Positions 27,571 through 40,913 of a DNA stretch of 64,000 nucleotides are shown piece after piece. The stretch lies in contig OZ024740.1 of NCBI GenBank assembly GCA_964016885.1, positions 376,898,001 to 376,962,000 of the forward strand, given 5' to 3'. The translations under genes were made by a program, and so were the position numbers. This DNA comes from Eledone cirrhosa. Taxonomy: Eukaryota. Below the pieces are notes generated by a model. The model saw nothing but the letters and a program-made list of their open reading frames with translations. It was not told where the DNA came from and made no database searches. Position 1 is the stretch's first letter. The number at the start of each line of letters is the position of its first letter.

Positions 27571-28100
27571 GACTCTTTCGGCCTCCACCCGCTTTCCTGT
27601 CGCCACAGTGCCGGCCGCATTCCACGCCATGCTGCCCTCAACGAGGTCATTAAGCATGGCTTGGACGCTGCAGGCTTCCCTTCCCAGCTCGAGCCGGTGG
27701 GGCTGGATCGAGGGGAGGGCAAAAGGCCAGATGGCATGACCATCTTCCCGTTCCGCGGTGGCAAACCCCTCGTCTGGCATGCCACTTGCATCGACACATT
27801 CTGCAGCCGCAACATGGTACAGTCTGCGACAGACCCAGGTTCTGCTGCACGTCGGGCAGAGGGGGCCAAACTCATCAAATACCGGTCGCTCTCCGACAGG
27901 TTTGCGGTCGTTCCACTGGCAGTGGAAACTTCTGGTGTTCTCGGCCCCAGGGCTACCTCTTTACTCACCACCATAGGCGCTGAGCTGGCCAGCCGTAGGT
28001 GTGAGCCCCGCGAGTTGGAGTGGCTTTTCCAGCGCGTCTCCCTTGCCGTCCTCCGGGGAAACGCCTTCTCCATTTTGTCCGCCGGGGCTGTGGGTGGGCC
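27571..28100 (+). mobile_element. CRE-clade non-LTR retrotransposon 3' fragment (zinc-knuckle end plus PD-(D/E)xK restriction-like endonuclease)
   Basis: GLHPLSC..RH..LN..LEP..KRPDGMT..GKPLVWxATCIDTF..K..KY..PLAVETSG..FQRVSLAVLRGNA, uninterrupted and GC-rich. Confidence 0.88.
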
Positions 28101-28639
28101 CCCATCGCGTACCATTACATTAGTTAAATACCATTCTTTCATCTCATACTGTCCACACACATATATATATGTGTTTGTGTTTGTGTCTACTCAAACAAAT
28201 TACGCTCACCCTTTCCGATAAGGATTTCACTGCGAATCTAAACTAATTTTGTAGAACAAATCAACCGCAAAGCCATTCTGAATGTCCATTCTGAGTATCT
28301 GAATAGAAACATGTTGCGAGAAAGATTTCAGTCAACAATGTATATCACTGCTATTCCCTACACACATATACATACATAAAGAGAGGGAGAGAGGGGGCGG
28401 GAGATAGGAGAGGGGGGAGAAATGAGAATGAAAATAAAAACACTGGAAACATTTAAATCTGACATTTAATACATGATATAACGGTTAAGTTTAAAAAGAA
28501 AGATTTCAAGACTTATTGTGCAATAAGTGAACAATGTTTAACACTTTCAAAAAGACTTACGAAACGGATAGTCGAACAGGCTACACATATGTTGCATACC
28601 ACCCTTTATGTTTAATAGTATATGTTTATATTTAAAACC

Positions 28640-28888
28640 CTCGCTGAGTTTAAACCAGTTCTTTCTAATTTGGCTTGCTATTTCGAAACCATATATATGT
28701 ATAGGATTCAATCCCACTTTGAAGGATATGCGTTTGCGATCCAAGGACAGGAAATCAACACAAGATACTTGATTCACAAAAGAGATAGAGATGGATGCAA
28801 AACATCTAGATGTGACAACAAGTGTCGTCTCTGCAGAATTAACATCGAAGATGTCACCCATGTCATAGGCAGCTGTCCAAAGATGTCT
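28640..28888 (+). mobile_element. R4/Dong-type non-LTR fragment (CCHC zinc knuckle)
   Basis: EGYAFAIQxQEINTR..KCRLC..EDVTHVIGSCPKM; ends at (GAA)n 28888-28966; homologous to 52690-52750. Confidence 0.75.
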
Positions 28889-29063
28889 AGAAGAAGAAGA
28901 AGAAGAAGAAGAAGAAGAAGAAGAAGAAGAAGAAGAAGAAGAAGAAGAAGAAGAAGAAGAAGAAGAAATGTAACGATGAAAGAGGGTTTGTAGTGATCAG
29001 ACAGTAAATGCGGCGTTAATACCTTAAAGGGAACCGGTCATATGTAAGAAGAAAACTATCTTT

Positions 29064-29137
<74 letters not shown>

Positions 29138-29141
29138 GTGA

Positions 29142-29179
<38 letters not shown>

Positions 29180-29289
29180 GATATGTGAGTCCCGGGTTCA
29201 ATCGGGGGTAACCACAGTTAGTAAAGTACTTAATGTATTAGTAGAGTGTAAACATCAGGTTTAATTTTTAAAAGATGGCGTCTACATTT

Positions 29290-29329
29290 AAAAGAAATCA
29301 CCAGGAAAGCTTTCCTGGTGATTTCTTTT
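29290..29329. repeat. Perfect 40-bp palindrome
   Basis: aaaagaaatcaccaggaaag|ctttcctggtgatttctttt. Confidence 0.95.
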
Positions 29330-29384
29330 GAATAAAATAGTTCTAGTCCTGTAGAATCCATTTCTATATTAAAATTCTTATATA

Positions 29385-29426
<42 letters not shown>

Positions 29427-29560
29427 ATTCTATATAACTGCTCTGTAGAACAACTGATGTTATTACATTCAGCTATTTATCTTACTGGTAATAAGGTAGT
29501 AATAAATTACTGGCCTTCCCTGTTTATTGTTTAAAATATACATAACTATAAATAGTATCC

Positions 29561-29677
<117 letters not shown>

Positions 29678-30197
29678 TGTTCCTTTTTTCTTACTCACAT
29701 ATTTCATAACATTTTTTAGTGAATCAAACACAAGCCCTAGGGATCGCCGTGGTTGAATACCTTTATCACTCGCCCTCCTTCCATTCTTTTTGACTAGCCC
29801 GTGCTCTAAATACTGATGGCTGATCTTTCACTCTCTTTTTCTCTCACTTCACTCTCTCATTCTCCTACAACCGTGTTCAGAATAGAGTGTCTCTATACCC
29901 CCACCACACACGCACACACTCACATACGCACACCATAATGCTCTTGAAAACATACCGCCCCATGAGAATTCAGAACACCCAATTGGGGTGCTATCACCCA
30001 ATTTGAAAATCACTGATCTAAACAATACCCTTGAGATACTACCTAGCGGTTTATGAAGCATTTTGTGTTAGCTAGAGCAATTTTGAAAACAACACCCAAT
30101 AGAGTCGAGTACATTAAAAACGAAGAGGGAAATAATATTGGTCAAAATTAAAATTAAAATCATCGTACAAATTAACAACCGACCTGATATTATTTAT

Positions 30198-30593
30198 TTG
30201 GCAGTATCGGTAAAGGTTCGGACGCCAGGTTTTGCAGCATAGAGTTACGGCCCATTGTGGTCTGAGTTCAGATCCCACGAGGTTAACTTTGCCTTTCATC
30301 CTTACGGGGTCGATAAAATAAAGCACCAATAATGAACTGGGAAAATCGCTGGCCTTGTGCGAAAAGGAGAAACTATTATTTATAATTAGACGATGGATTA
30401 ATATAGTCGCTAGAGCGTCCGACAAATGCTCAGTAGTATTTGTTCTAGCTCCTTACGTTCTGAGTTCGAATCCCGCAAAGGTCAATTTTGTATTTCCATC
30501 TTCCTATACCACTGAAATGATATAACAGTCTGGGTTCAATATCATCGAAATTCTCCCAAAATAATATTCTGGCATTGTACCTAAATTAGAAAC
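30198..30593 (+). mobile_element. SINE (30198-30376) followed by an older diverged SINE (30394-30593)
   Basis: Both have the B-box gagttc(a/g)aatcc-like motif and the CORE-like segment. Confidence 0.82.
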
Positions 30594-31346
30594 CCTTACT
30601 TAAAACTATAAAATATGAATAAGCTGTTTTGTCAGTAATTCTATTTGATGTCAATGTGATAAAAAATAATTGTGAAAAAAATGCATTTATAAAATATTCA
30701 CAGATAGTTATAAAACATCGTGCTCAATAATATACTATATTATTCAGACATTTCATCATTGGAGTGACAAGATGTACCCCAAGCCATCAGAATTAAGCAG
30801 AGCTAAACTTGGATTCTTAAAGAAAAGTTCGTACATCCATGATTCACACGCGCGCTACAAATGCTATCTATCAAGGACAATAATTACCAGCAAAACGTTT
30901 ATGTTAAAATTCAATGGATGAATAAGGAGAGTTAAAGAAAGATCGGTTTTTAATTTAATGTTTTTTTTTTATTTACATTACAACCTTTCAACAGAGCTAG
31001 CGACCAAACAAAATATAACCTGCATATATGAGTAGACATACATCCACACACACAAAAATCCAAAATCTTTAAACGTGCCCTAGGCAACATATTTTTACTT
31101 TTGATGGTGGAGAATTCTCGTAGTTGCATTGGAGAATATTTTATGTGTGTGTGGGTGGGGGGTGGGGGGCGTACAGTAGTATGTAAGTTTGTATGTCTAT
31201 ATGTATGCATGTTTTTTCTGTATGTATGTATACATGAACAGGTTTATATCCATGTAAAAATGTATGTATAAGCATTTCAGGAAAAGTATTCATACAGGGA
31301 TTATGATTTAATTTCGTCAGTTAAAACAAGCACTGGCACATTCTAG

Positions 31347-31389
<43 letters not shown>

Positions 31390-31390
<1 letters not shown>

Positions 31391-32030
31391 GAAATAACAG
31401 AAATAACAACACAATCGGTACAGTATATGGAAGGAATATATTAGGTTAACGCTTGAAATAGCTGGAAGAGGGTCTTAACCTTTCGGACGCTAGTCCTTCA
31501 TCAGAAGAAAGAAATAGAAATAAGGTAGATTGAAGGGATGGGCGGGTTGGGCGGGTTGGAATTTGAAAAAATGTCTTTAGATAAAAATAACTGGTCCATT
31601 CATGTTAACAAGGAAGACGAGGTTGTATGGTTACTGATAACGAGTGTTAGAAAGTAAGGCGACACAAACAAAAGATGGACAGTTTCTCTTCGTCAGTTGT
31701 CTACTATGGGTCACTGATATTCCGGCGCATTATAAACAATACATCTGTCCGTAGCGCCCCGTAGCCTTTTATCTATCAAAAATCCATGAGGGAAAGAAGC
31801 GATAGTGAAGAGACAGATGGAAAGAAAAAAAAAAGAGAGAAGAAAAAAAGGATAAAAAGAAGTAAACATACCGATAGAAGGGATAAACACAGGACAATGG
31901 CACATGTAAGTGAGTAACCGAGAAGAAATAAGATCAAGTTTAAAAAGCCGTTGGGTTTAAGCCCAGGGGGCCATAATAACAGCGGAGCTAGGTAAATTCA
32001 CGTCTATTCTCAGTGAAAGCGAGCGGACAG
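31390..32030 (-). mobile_element. 3' remnant and pLTR of a Penelope-like element
   Basis: PLGLN-like GIY-YIG terminus near 31955-31975, pyrimidine-rich UTR and minimal HHR at 31473-31508. Confidence 0.5.
31473..31508 (-). ncRNA. Minimal hammerhead ribozyme (PLE-type)
   Basis: tctt CTGATGA aggactagcgtcc GAAA gg TT aaga; the stem III palindrome is probably mutated from ACGT. Confidence 0.65.
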
Positions 32031-32207
32031 AGAAAGACAGAGGAACCGGAAGCGAGTGGGGGGGGGTAGAAGAGGGAGGGTGTGAGTAAGAGAGATAGAG
32101 AGAGAGTGAAGAGGATGGAAAGGGAGTTAATCCAACAGGGTGTCCGACGCACGTGCAACCGGGACCAACAAACATGCGAGATCGATAGAGAGAATGGTAG
32201 AGAGGGA

Positions 32208-32279
<72 letters not shown>

Positions 32280-32369
32280 TAAGGAGTTGATCCAAAAGAG
32301 TGGCAGGATATAAGTCCGACCAGGAACAACAAATCGAGGGAGATAGGTAGAGAGGATATATATACATAT

Positions 32370-32496
32370 TTGGCAGTATCGGTAGAGGGTCGGACGCCAT
32401 GCTTTGACGTATAAAGTTACGGCCCTTGCCATTCTGAGTTCAAATCCCGCAGAGGTTAACTTTGCCTTTCGGGGTCGATAAAATAAAGTACCAGTA
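32370..32496 (+). mobile_element. SINE, 3'-truncated
   Basis: SINE consensus running into (CA)n. Confidence 0.85.
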
Positions 32497-32514
32497 TTTA
32501 TCCACACACATTTT

Positions 32515-32552
<38 letters not shown>

Positions 32553-32921
32553 AATAAAAGTGAAATTATTTATACATACATTTTTCAAAAAATAATCGAT
32601 CTTCAAAAACTTGATTGAAAACCAACAATAATAATATTATACACCTACTTTTTAAAAATCACACGCTAACAAGACATGTGATAAATAAACAAACTAAAAA
32701 AAACACACACACATTACAATACAAAAGCAAAAAAGTTGTTTTTGTGTGTATATATATATACACACATATATAAATATATATATACATATATGCAAAAGTT
32801 TTATTTAAAATTGTTGGGTTACAACAAGTAAATATTTTATAACTGATATAAAGCACTCGACAAGTTTTGGAGTAGATATACGATATTAAACAAATGGAAA
32901 CTATATTTATAAAACCATATT

Positions 32922-32987
32922 TATTTCATTATACATATTTCGGGGATACCATATTAAAAATATGGCATGCCTTCTTCAGATAAAATA
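32922..32987 (-). ncRNA. Type I hammerhead ribozyme, intact core (inverted pLTR)
   Basis: tattttat CTGAAGA aggcatgccatatttttaatatggtatcccc GAAA tatgta TA atgaaata. Confidence 0.82.
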
Positions 32988-33442
32988 CAATATATAAACA
33001 GTTTTATAAATAAGTTTGACGTACCATAAATATTGAGCAACCGTTATGTAGGAAGCCGGTTTGGTAGTGAGATGTTTACAAATATTTAGTGTTAAGCACA
33101 GTTAAAAAGAAAGACGGAGAAAAAGAAGAAATGTATGTAAAGAAAAACAGAGAGAAATAGAGAGAGATAGGGGAGAGAGAAATAGTGAAGAGGTGAAAAA
33201 AAGAGATGCAGCTGAAGGCAACAGATGAATAATAATAATTCATCATACAAATTGAGAGATTTAGGAGGGAGAGAGTACTGTAATTATTTAGTTATAGTGT
33301 TAAGGACAGTTAGGGGGTAGACGGAGAGAAATATCGTCAGGTTTCATACATTAATTAAATATCTTAATTAATTATACTACATTTAAAATTTATATTTATA
33401 TTTAAACGTTGGCCTTATATTTATATTTAAACGTTGCCCTTA

Positions 33443-35236
33443 TATTGAAAGAACTAAGGAAAAAGTACAAGGTAGCAAATAAGGACGAACTGGAAAAAAT
33501 GAATGTTGAGGCATCTTGTATAATGCATGTGTTAGACATTGAGAACAAAACACAACCCTTCTTGCCTAGGAAACCCAAGATCAATATGAAAGATCACAAA
33601 AGAAATTTTGAAAATGATTTGCCAGTCAGATTGATTGCACCATCAAAATCTGACCTGGGTAAACTTAGCAAAAACATTCTAGACAGGGTGATACAGCAAA
33701 TTAAAAACTTACATAATTTACCTAACTTAAACTTATGGAAGGGGACTGGTGAGGTTATTGAGTGGTTTAAAGAAATTAAATATAACAATAATAATAAATT
33801 TATTCAACTAGATATTGCTAACTACTATTCATCTATTACACCTAATCTACTGAATAAGGCACTAAATTACGCATTCAAACATACAGACCTAACTAGCAAT
33901 GAAATGCACATTATATTATCGGCAAGGAAAACATTGATAGAATTTAATAACCAGCTATGGACTAGGGCAGATAGAGATAATAATTTCGACATTACTATGG
34001 GATCATCTGACTCAGCTCAGGTAACGGACCTTGTGGGCCTATTTATAATTAATTCGCTGCATAGAAAAATACCTGGTGTAACCGGAGGATTATATCGTGA
34101 TGACATGCTTTTACTTATTGAAAATAATAACTCTGAACTAAATAGAAAAAGAAAACAAATTATACAATTTTTTAATTACCTTAATCTAAAAATAGAAATA
34201 GAGAATAACCATAGAATAGTCAATTTCCTAGATGTAACACTAAATCTCAACACATGTCTTCACTATCCATTTCACAAACTAAATGAAAACTTGAATTATG
34301 TCAATTTTAACTCTAATCACCCCAGATCTGTTAAAAATACTATAGTGAACTCTGTTGAAGAACGTATCTCAAGAATTTCTTCTAATAAAAATATTTTCGA
34401 CGAAAAAGCGCAGTATTACAATGAAGCGTTAGCTAGAGCAGGATATAGTGATAAAATTAAGTACATCGATAATAATAGGCAAACTAACCAAAATAATAAC
34501 AATTTTAATTACGGTAACAACTTTAACAACTATAATAGAAAACATTACAATAATTCCAAAAGCCGGAAAAGAAATAGAACTAGAAATATAATATGGTTTG
34601 CCCCCCCCCCCCCTCTCACTAAATATTAAAACCCACATTGCTAAACTATTTTTAATGCTCTTGACAAACGCTTCACTAGAACACATAAATATCACTCAAT
34701 TTTTAATAGACATACTATAAAATTAACTTACTCGTCCACCAAAAATATTAACAGAATAAATAATAGGAATCTAAAACCTAACCAAAATACCGATAATAAC
34801 CAAAACAATATTCAATTAAACAACTGTAACTGTAGAAATAAATCTAAATGTCCGTTAAATAACAATTGCTTAGTTAAAAATATAATATACAATTGTAATG
34901 TTAAAACTAACTTAAATTCTTTTAACTATGTTGGTTCCACCTCGCTACAATAATCATAAGCATTCTTTCACAGATCCAAACAAAAAATCTTCAACCTCAC
35001 TATCAGGCTTACTCTGGCAACTTAAACATGATAACGTTGGGTATTCGATGTTTTGGAATATTGTCTCAAGAGGGATTCCTTTTAATTCCTCATCTGAGAC
35101 ATGTGACCTCTGTGTGGAGGAGATATTCTTTATATTAAAATCCAAAAATTCCCTTAATTTAAGGAGCAATTTATTCAGTTGCTGCAGACATAGATTGAAC
35201 TCAACGTTTAAATATAAATATAAATTTAAAATGTAG
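33443..35236 (+). pseudogene. PLE reverse transcriptase plus GIY-YIG endonuclease, 5'-truncated, two frameshifts
   Basis: KDHK..RLIAPSKS, DIANYYSSI, FDITMGSSDSAQ, GGLYRDD, FLDVTL, SNHP, WFAPP (poly-C slip at ~34601), CNCR..CPL..C, IIY..YVG, CDLC..E, LN.R..CRH. Confidence 0.92.
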
Positions 35237-36860
35237 TATAATTAATTAAGATATTTAATTAATGTATGAAACCTGACGATAAATCTTTCGATTCCTTCAA
35301 CTTTTTCTTTTAAACCTTCTTCATAAATATAAACTAATGATGTAATTAAACTACTCTAAAATGTAGATGCTCCCAATCTATTGAATAAAATTTACGCAAG
35401 ATAAACTTCTATACTAAATATAAGAGCATCCGTAGAACAACAGGGTCCCATAAATCCTTTAAATGATTTCTGCTAAATAAGTTTTGTTGAATAATTTTTG
35501 GTTTTTTGTTTGCTTTTTGATTCTGATTGCTTCTAATGAACTTGGCAATATATTGTCAGATAAATTGGAAGGGTAGATTTCTGTGGTTGATATAAGAAGC
35601 ATACTGTGTTTTTGTGGCTCGAGATACTCTAGGGAGTGATGAAAATATTTTAACGTTTTGATATTTCTGTGCTGATATATTGATATCTGGTTGTCTCTGT
35701 ACAAAGGCCATATGTATTAATATGCATATGGAATGATTACAGAGTATATTTTATCTGTCCATGTACCTGTATGTGTGCATACATATATATCTATATATAT
35801 GTGTGTGTATAGTTCTAGATATGTTACAGATATGCATAATATTCTATACATGAACGATAATCATGTATGTGAGGGCAAGAATATTAATCGTTAATTTTTT
35901 ATGTATATATATATAGTGAAATCTTTTATAACACAAGAAAAAAATGTTTTTTGTGAAACATGAAATTACAGAGTTGATCACGTAAAATCATGGGTATGTC
36001 TATAATATCAACTAGAACTTGAGATGACCTTCTCTTTCTCTCTTTCTTTCCTTTTCCGGAAAGTGCATATGCATGTGTATGTATATACTTATATATTTCC
36101 GTATTCTTTTGAAGTTTTATCTCAGTTTTTGGTACATCGACCTCAGAATTTTAAACTAAACATATGGTCATTATTTTTCACACATTATATATCTATGTCT
36201 CATTCATGAATATTGATATTTACATTATATTACCCAGTTCATATGAATTGATAATTCAAATTGATAGGACATAACGTAAAGATGTAAATCTATCATCCCT
36301 CTCTCTAGATATAGCTCTTTCTTCTCCTCCCTCTTTATATATGATGAAGTCTATGTATCTGTTGTTTTGACTGTGCCTCTCGAGTTTCTCTCTTATTTCT
36401 CTCCTATTTCTCTCTTGATTTTCACCTCCCCCTATATAATTATCATTATTTGGTCTACCTCTTTCTTTTTCCCCCCACCTCTATCTTTCTCTCTCTCTGT
36501 TTTCTCTTCATTTTTTATTTCTCTCCGTCTCCCCCCTAACTGTCCTTAACACTATAACTAAATAATTACAGTACTCCCTCCCTCCTAAATCTCTCAATTT
36601 GTATGATGAATTATTATTATTCATCTGTTGCCTTCAGCTGCATCTCTTTTTTCACCTCCTCACTATTTCTCTCTCCCCTATCTCTCTCTATTTCTCTCTG
36701 TTTTTCTTTACATACATTTCTTCTTTTTCTCCGTCTTTCTTTTTAACTGTGCTTAACATTAAATATTTGTAAACATCTCACTACCAAACCGGCTTCCTAC
36801 ATAACGGTTGCTCAATATTTATGGTACGTCAAAATTATTTATAAAACTGATTATATATTG

Positions 36861-36926
36861 TATTTTATCTGAAGAAGGCATGCCATATTTTTAATATGGT
36901 CTCCCCGAAATATGTATAATGAAATA
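36861..36926 (+). ncRNA. Type I hammerhead ribozyme, intact core (3' pLTR)
   Basis: tattttat CTGAAGA aggcatgccatatttttaatatggtctcccc GAAA tatgta TA atgaaata. Confidence 0.82.
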
Positions 36927-37227
36927 AATATTATTTTATAAATATAGTTTCCATTTGTTTAATATCGTATATACATATATATATATACATACAGAAAATT
37001 GTTTTGTGTGTATATACATCCAAAAGAATGTCTTTATCAAATTCAACTATGACACAGGCACACGCGTGCACACACACATATATGTGTATGTATGTATGTG
37101 TGTGTGTGTGTGTGTGCGTGTGCGTGTGTGTGTGCGTGTCTGTGTGTGTGTGTGTGCGTGTGTCTGTTCGCGTGTCTGTGTGCGTGTGTGTGTATATATG
37201 TGTCTGTCTGTGTGTGGGGAGGTATGA

Positions 37228-37269
<42 letters not shown>

Positions 37270-37379
37270 TTTCAAAACATAATCCTTAAATAGAATTTCC
37301 TTGACAAATCCTATATCTCTTCTATATCATTCCACATAAAGCACTGCCTTGTTTATTTCTTCTGCCCTTCCTATCTGAT

Positions 37380-37567
37380 TATACCGTCTGACCTTTTGTC
37401 GTCCCCTCGGTCCAGCCCCACCGGCTCGAGTTGGGAGGCGAAGCCTGCAGCTTCCAAGCCATGTTTTATGATCTCGTTGAATGCAGCATGGCGTGGAAGG
37501 CGGCCGGCACTGTGGGGACAGGAAAGCGGGTGGAGGCCGAAAGATTCCACGGTGGATCCGCAGCGAC
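37380..37567 (-). mobile_element. CRE-clade fragment, same family as 27571-28100
   Basis: CRCGSTVESFGLHPLSCPHSAGRLPRHAAFNEIIKHGLEAAGFASQLEPVGLDRGDDKRSDG. Confidence 0.88.
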
Positions 37568-37882
37568 ATGTGTGTGTGTATATATAGTTCTTTTCTAAAA
37601 GTGACCAATTCATCATCAACCCAAAACAAAATATGAACAGAACTTCTTCAACTCTCGATTTTTAATTGTAATTTCTAATTTTTAATTCTTAACTTTTAAT
37701 ATTCGATAAGATGAATAACATCGAAACCGGTAATATTTTTTTTATATACTTTATAAAACTTTTTTTTTTAATGTTTATATCTTGTTTTCAATTATCATTT
37801 TATCCGATTAAAGAAGAAAAAAAATTCTTTAAATATACTTGTGCTGCTTCCATTCTTACCTTTATATATAGTGTAGTGTGTA

Positions 37883-37990
<108 letters not shown>

Positions 37991-38133
37991 ATGCTTTGGG
38001 AGGGTCATGTTGCCAATAAAAAACACACGCACTATTGCTTTCACTCCAATTTATTATAAATTAAATTTGTAAATTTAAGAATTTATAAATTTCCGGTTGG
38101 TTGGTTCCATAACCGGACGGTTGATCATATATT

Positions 38134-38176
38134 GTCAAAGTTCTTTCGTCATACATTCTGTGACCTTTTCAGTGAC
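38134..38176 (-). ncRNA. Minimal hammerhead-like motif, G8>A variant
   Basis: gtca CTGAAAA g gtca-cagaatgta-tgac GAAA gaac TT tgac, about 130 nt after the ORF stop. Confidence 0.6.
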
Positions 38177-40734
38177 TGGGGATCTTTTCTTTGTTTTTGT
38201 GCCTCTCCTTTGTTCTGTCCTACGCCATCTTGTTTTTATGTGTTGCGTGCTTAGTTTGCGCATGTGTTAAATCCGGGTGTCTGTGTGTGTTTTCATTTTG
38301 TCCTTAATTGTAAGTTGTGATGTTGCTATTCCATTCATATTTTCTATTTAACTTTGGTTGGAGTTCATTTATGTTTATTGCCTCTGTGATTTGTCTAAAC
38401 ATTGTGTCTTTTCTGTGTGTAGGTTCTATTTTTATTTCTATTTTCTCTAATTTGCCCTTATGTTCTATTTTAGCATATTGGTGGAGTATTGATGATTCTT
38501 TTTTATCTTGAAGTTCTCGCCAGTGTTCATTTAACCGTTCTCCTATACTACGAGCTGTCTCACCTATGTACACTATATTCTTATCTTTACATTGTCCTTC
38601 AGTACATCTTATGCTATATACTACATTTCTAGTTTTACAGTTAATATGGGGGCTTAGTTTACAGATTATGCATTTCTTATCTATACAGGGAGTTCTTTGA
38701 AAAGGGTATGTATTGCTAATAAGTGTTTTTTATGGAGGTACCTGGTCTTTCTACTATCTTAATATTAAGTTTATGTTTATCTAGGGCCCTTCTAAATTTG
38801 TAAGCTAATTCACCTCTAGGGTTGTATTGATGAACATTACACTCTGGTATTTATTGCTATCATACCATGTGTTTATTCTATTAACCTTATTCCTAGTTCT
38901 TTCTATTTTATTCCAAAATTTGCTCCTATACAAGGAGCAGGTCCCATTTGTGTCATTATTTAACATTTTTTCCCATTTGGTTCTGGTTCCTCTATATACT
39001 CTGATTTTATCTCTCTGATTGTAACCAGAGAACTGCATACGGTGGATGAAGTGTTGTATGTGTCTCTCTAGTTCTTTGGGGTTGCACATGCGGGACACGT
39101 TTCTCATCACCCGTAGCAAATCCGCAATCTGTATGTTGATTTTGGTGTGATCCGAAACAGCTGAGTTTCGGTGAATCAGATATTTGGAAGTCATGAGTTT
39201 GGCATAATGGGAATGGAGGATTTGTTTTTTGTTATTAATGGTTTCTAACCAGAGCTCTGTGTCTAGTACAGGTAATCGATGGTTGGGGTGTTTGCTTGGG
39301 TAGTCTATAGTAAATCTAATAATCTGGTGGATGGTGTTAGCTATTTGCCGGATGCTTTCCATGGTGTTTTTCTCTAATACCTGACTGTTCTCTAGTGGGG
39401 GTGTTTTTACTACGATGGTTATCTCATCAACGTAGCGGGAGTACATTATCAGGGTTAAGAGTTTGCTGTCTTCTAATTGTTCTTTAAGTTTAAGTTTAAG
39501 TTTAAGTTTATTGTCCCACCATACTGTGTTAGCTATGTCACCTGCAATGCTAACACCAGTGGCTGCTCCCTCCTCTTGGGCATATGTTTTTCCATTAAAT
39601 TTGAACATATGTTCCTTAAAGGTTAATTTTATACTGGCCCCCACCGCATGTGCAATCATTTTCTTTAGTTCATAGTGGTTTTCGGGGGTCCGTATGGCTC
39701 TGGTCCACCCGTTCCATCTTTCTGTGTGGGTTTTCTTGGCCATTGAGGTAATGGTAGGTGGTCTGCCTTTTGCTGGTCTTGTAGGGCACAGGTTGCTAAG
39801 GTCATATGTATCTAGATAATCATTACTATAGGTAACTTTAAGTAGGAGTCCCAGCTCACTGGTATCAATCCCACGGAATTCAACATTGCTCTCACTGATC
39901 ATTTCTACGCATTTCTCCACAGCAAAATCCACGTCAATGGATAGATATAGGGACACAACATCCATACTACCTATTGTACAGTTTGTTAGGTTCCTAGATC
40001 GGTTACTTTCGCTGATTCTGCTGAGGAGGTCCTCCGTGCTGTCACATATATATGGGGACATTTCAATGATGGGGCGTATGATTAGGGAGAGGAAGTAGGA
40101 AAGTCTGTAGTTACTAGCAATGTTAACTCCACAGACCGGCTTGGTGGTGCTGTGACAGGGTCACTGCTCGTTTTATGGTCTTTTCGAAGCCCATACAACG
40201 CTGACACGTCATTGTTCCAGGCCTGGAAGTTGTTGGCAGTCCTTTTGTTGGGCTGCATTATGTTTTTCCACATCATCATTTGGGCATTGAGGGTTTTCTC
40301 CCTATCCTCATGCTCTTGTGGTGTTACTTCTCTTGTGTTAGTGATGTGGGGTTGCATTGCCTGGATGTAGTTTAACAGACTGTCAACCGACATTCTGCCA
40401 GACTTGTCTGTTGGAAAGCATGCAATCTCTCCATTACGCGAGCGCTGCATGAGCTTACGCAAGCCATTTGCAGATTTTTCTCCCAGTTGCTGGGCCTCCA
40501 TTCTATTTTGCTTCTTGCTATACTGTTCTATTATATTTCTAAGTTTAGATCTAGCTATACTAAATTGTGCTTCTGTTTGTTCATCGACCTGTGACGGCAA
40601 TTACGTGCGTTTGTTAAAAGCTAAAGTCGTGGCATGGAGTCGTCGTAGGTCGAAGGACATATCGGAAGGATTATAAAACGTAGAGTTTCAGGCTGCTGCT
40701 TTATGTGTACTATTGCTATTGTTATTGTTAGTTG

Positions 40735-40913
40735 TGGATTGGCAGTATCGGTAGAGCGTCGGACGCCATGCTTTCCAGCATAGTTACGTCCCTTTACGAT
40801 CTGAGTTCAAATCCTGCCGAGGTTGACTTTGCCTTTCATCCTTACGGGGTCGATGAAATAAAGTACCAGTAATGCACTGGGTAATTGCTGGCCTTGTGCC
40901 TAAAGTAGAAACA
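40735..40913 (+). mobile_element. SINE inserted in the PLE ORF
   Basis: SINE consensus; long TSD actattgctattgttattgttagttgtg. Confidence 0.92.

Larger units (their letters stand above)
32800..36972 (+). mobile_element. Penelope-like retroelement, Naiad-like, 5'-truncated, with inverted 5' pLTR
   Basis: RT/GIY-YIG ORF 33443-35236; 3' pLTR with HHR; 32876-33411 is the reverse complement of 35202-35281 joined to 36516-36972. Confidence 0.95.

Noticed and set aside
34820-34870. Selenocysteine (in-frame UGA) reported for some Naiad PLEs
   Set aside because: The linker cysteines are TGT/TGC in both Naiad-like copies, and there is no UGA before LYRDD.
35282-36517. Segment missing from the inverted pLTR as a spliced intron
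   Set aside because: No GT..AG or CT..AC boundaries; the junction has TA microhomology instead.
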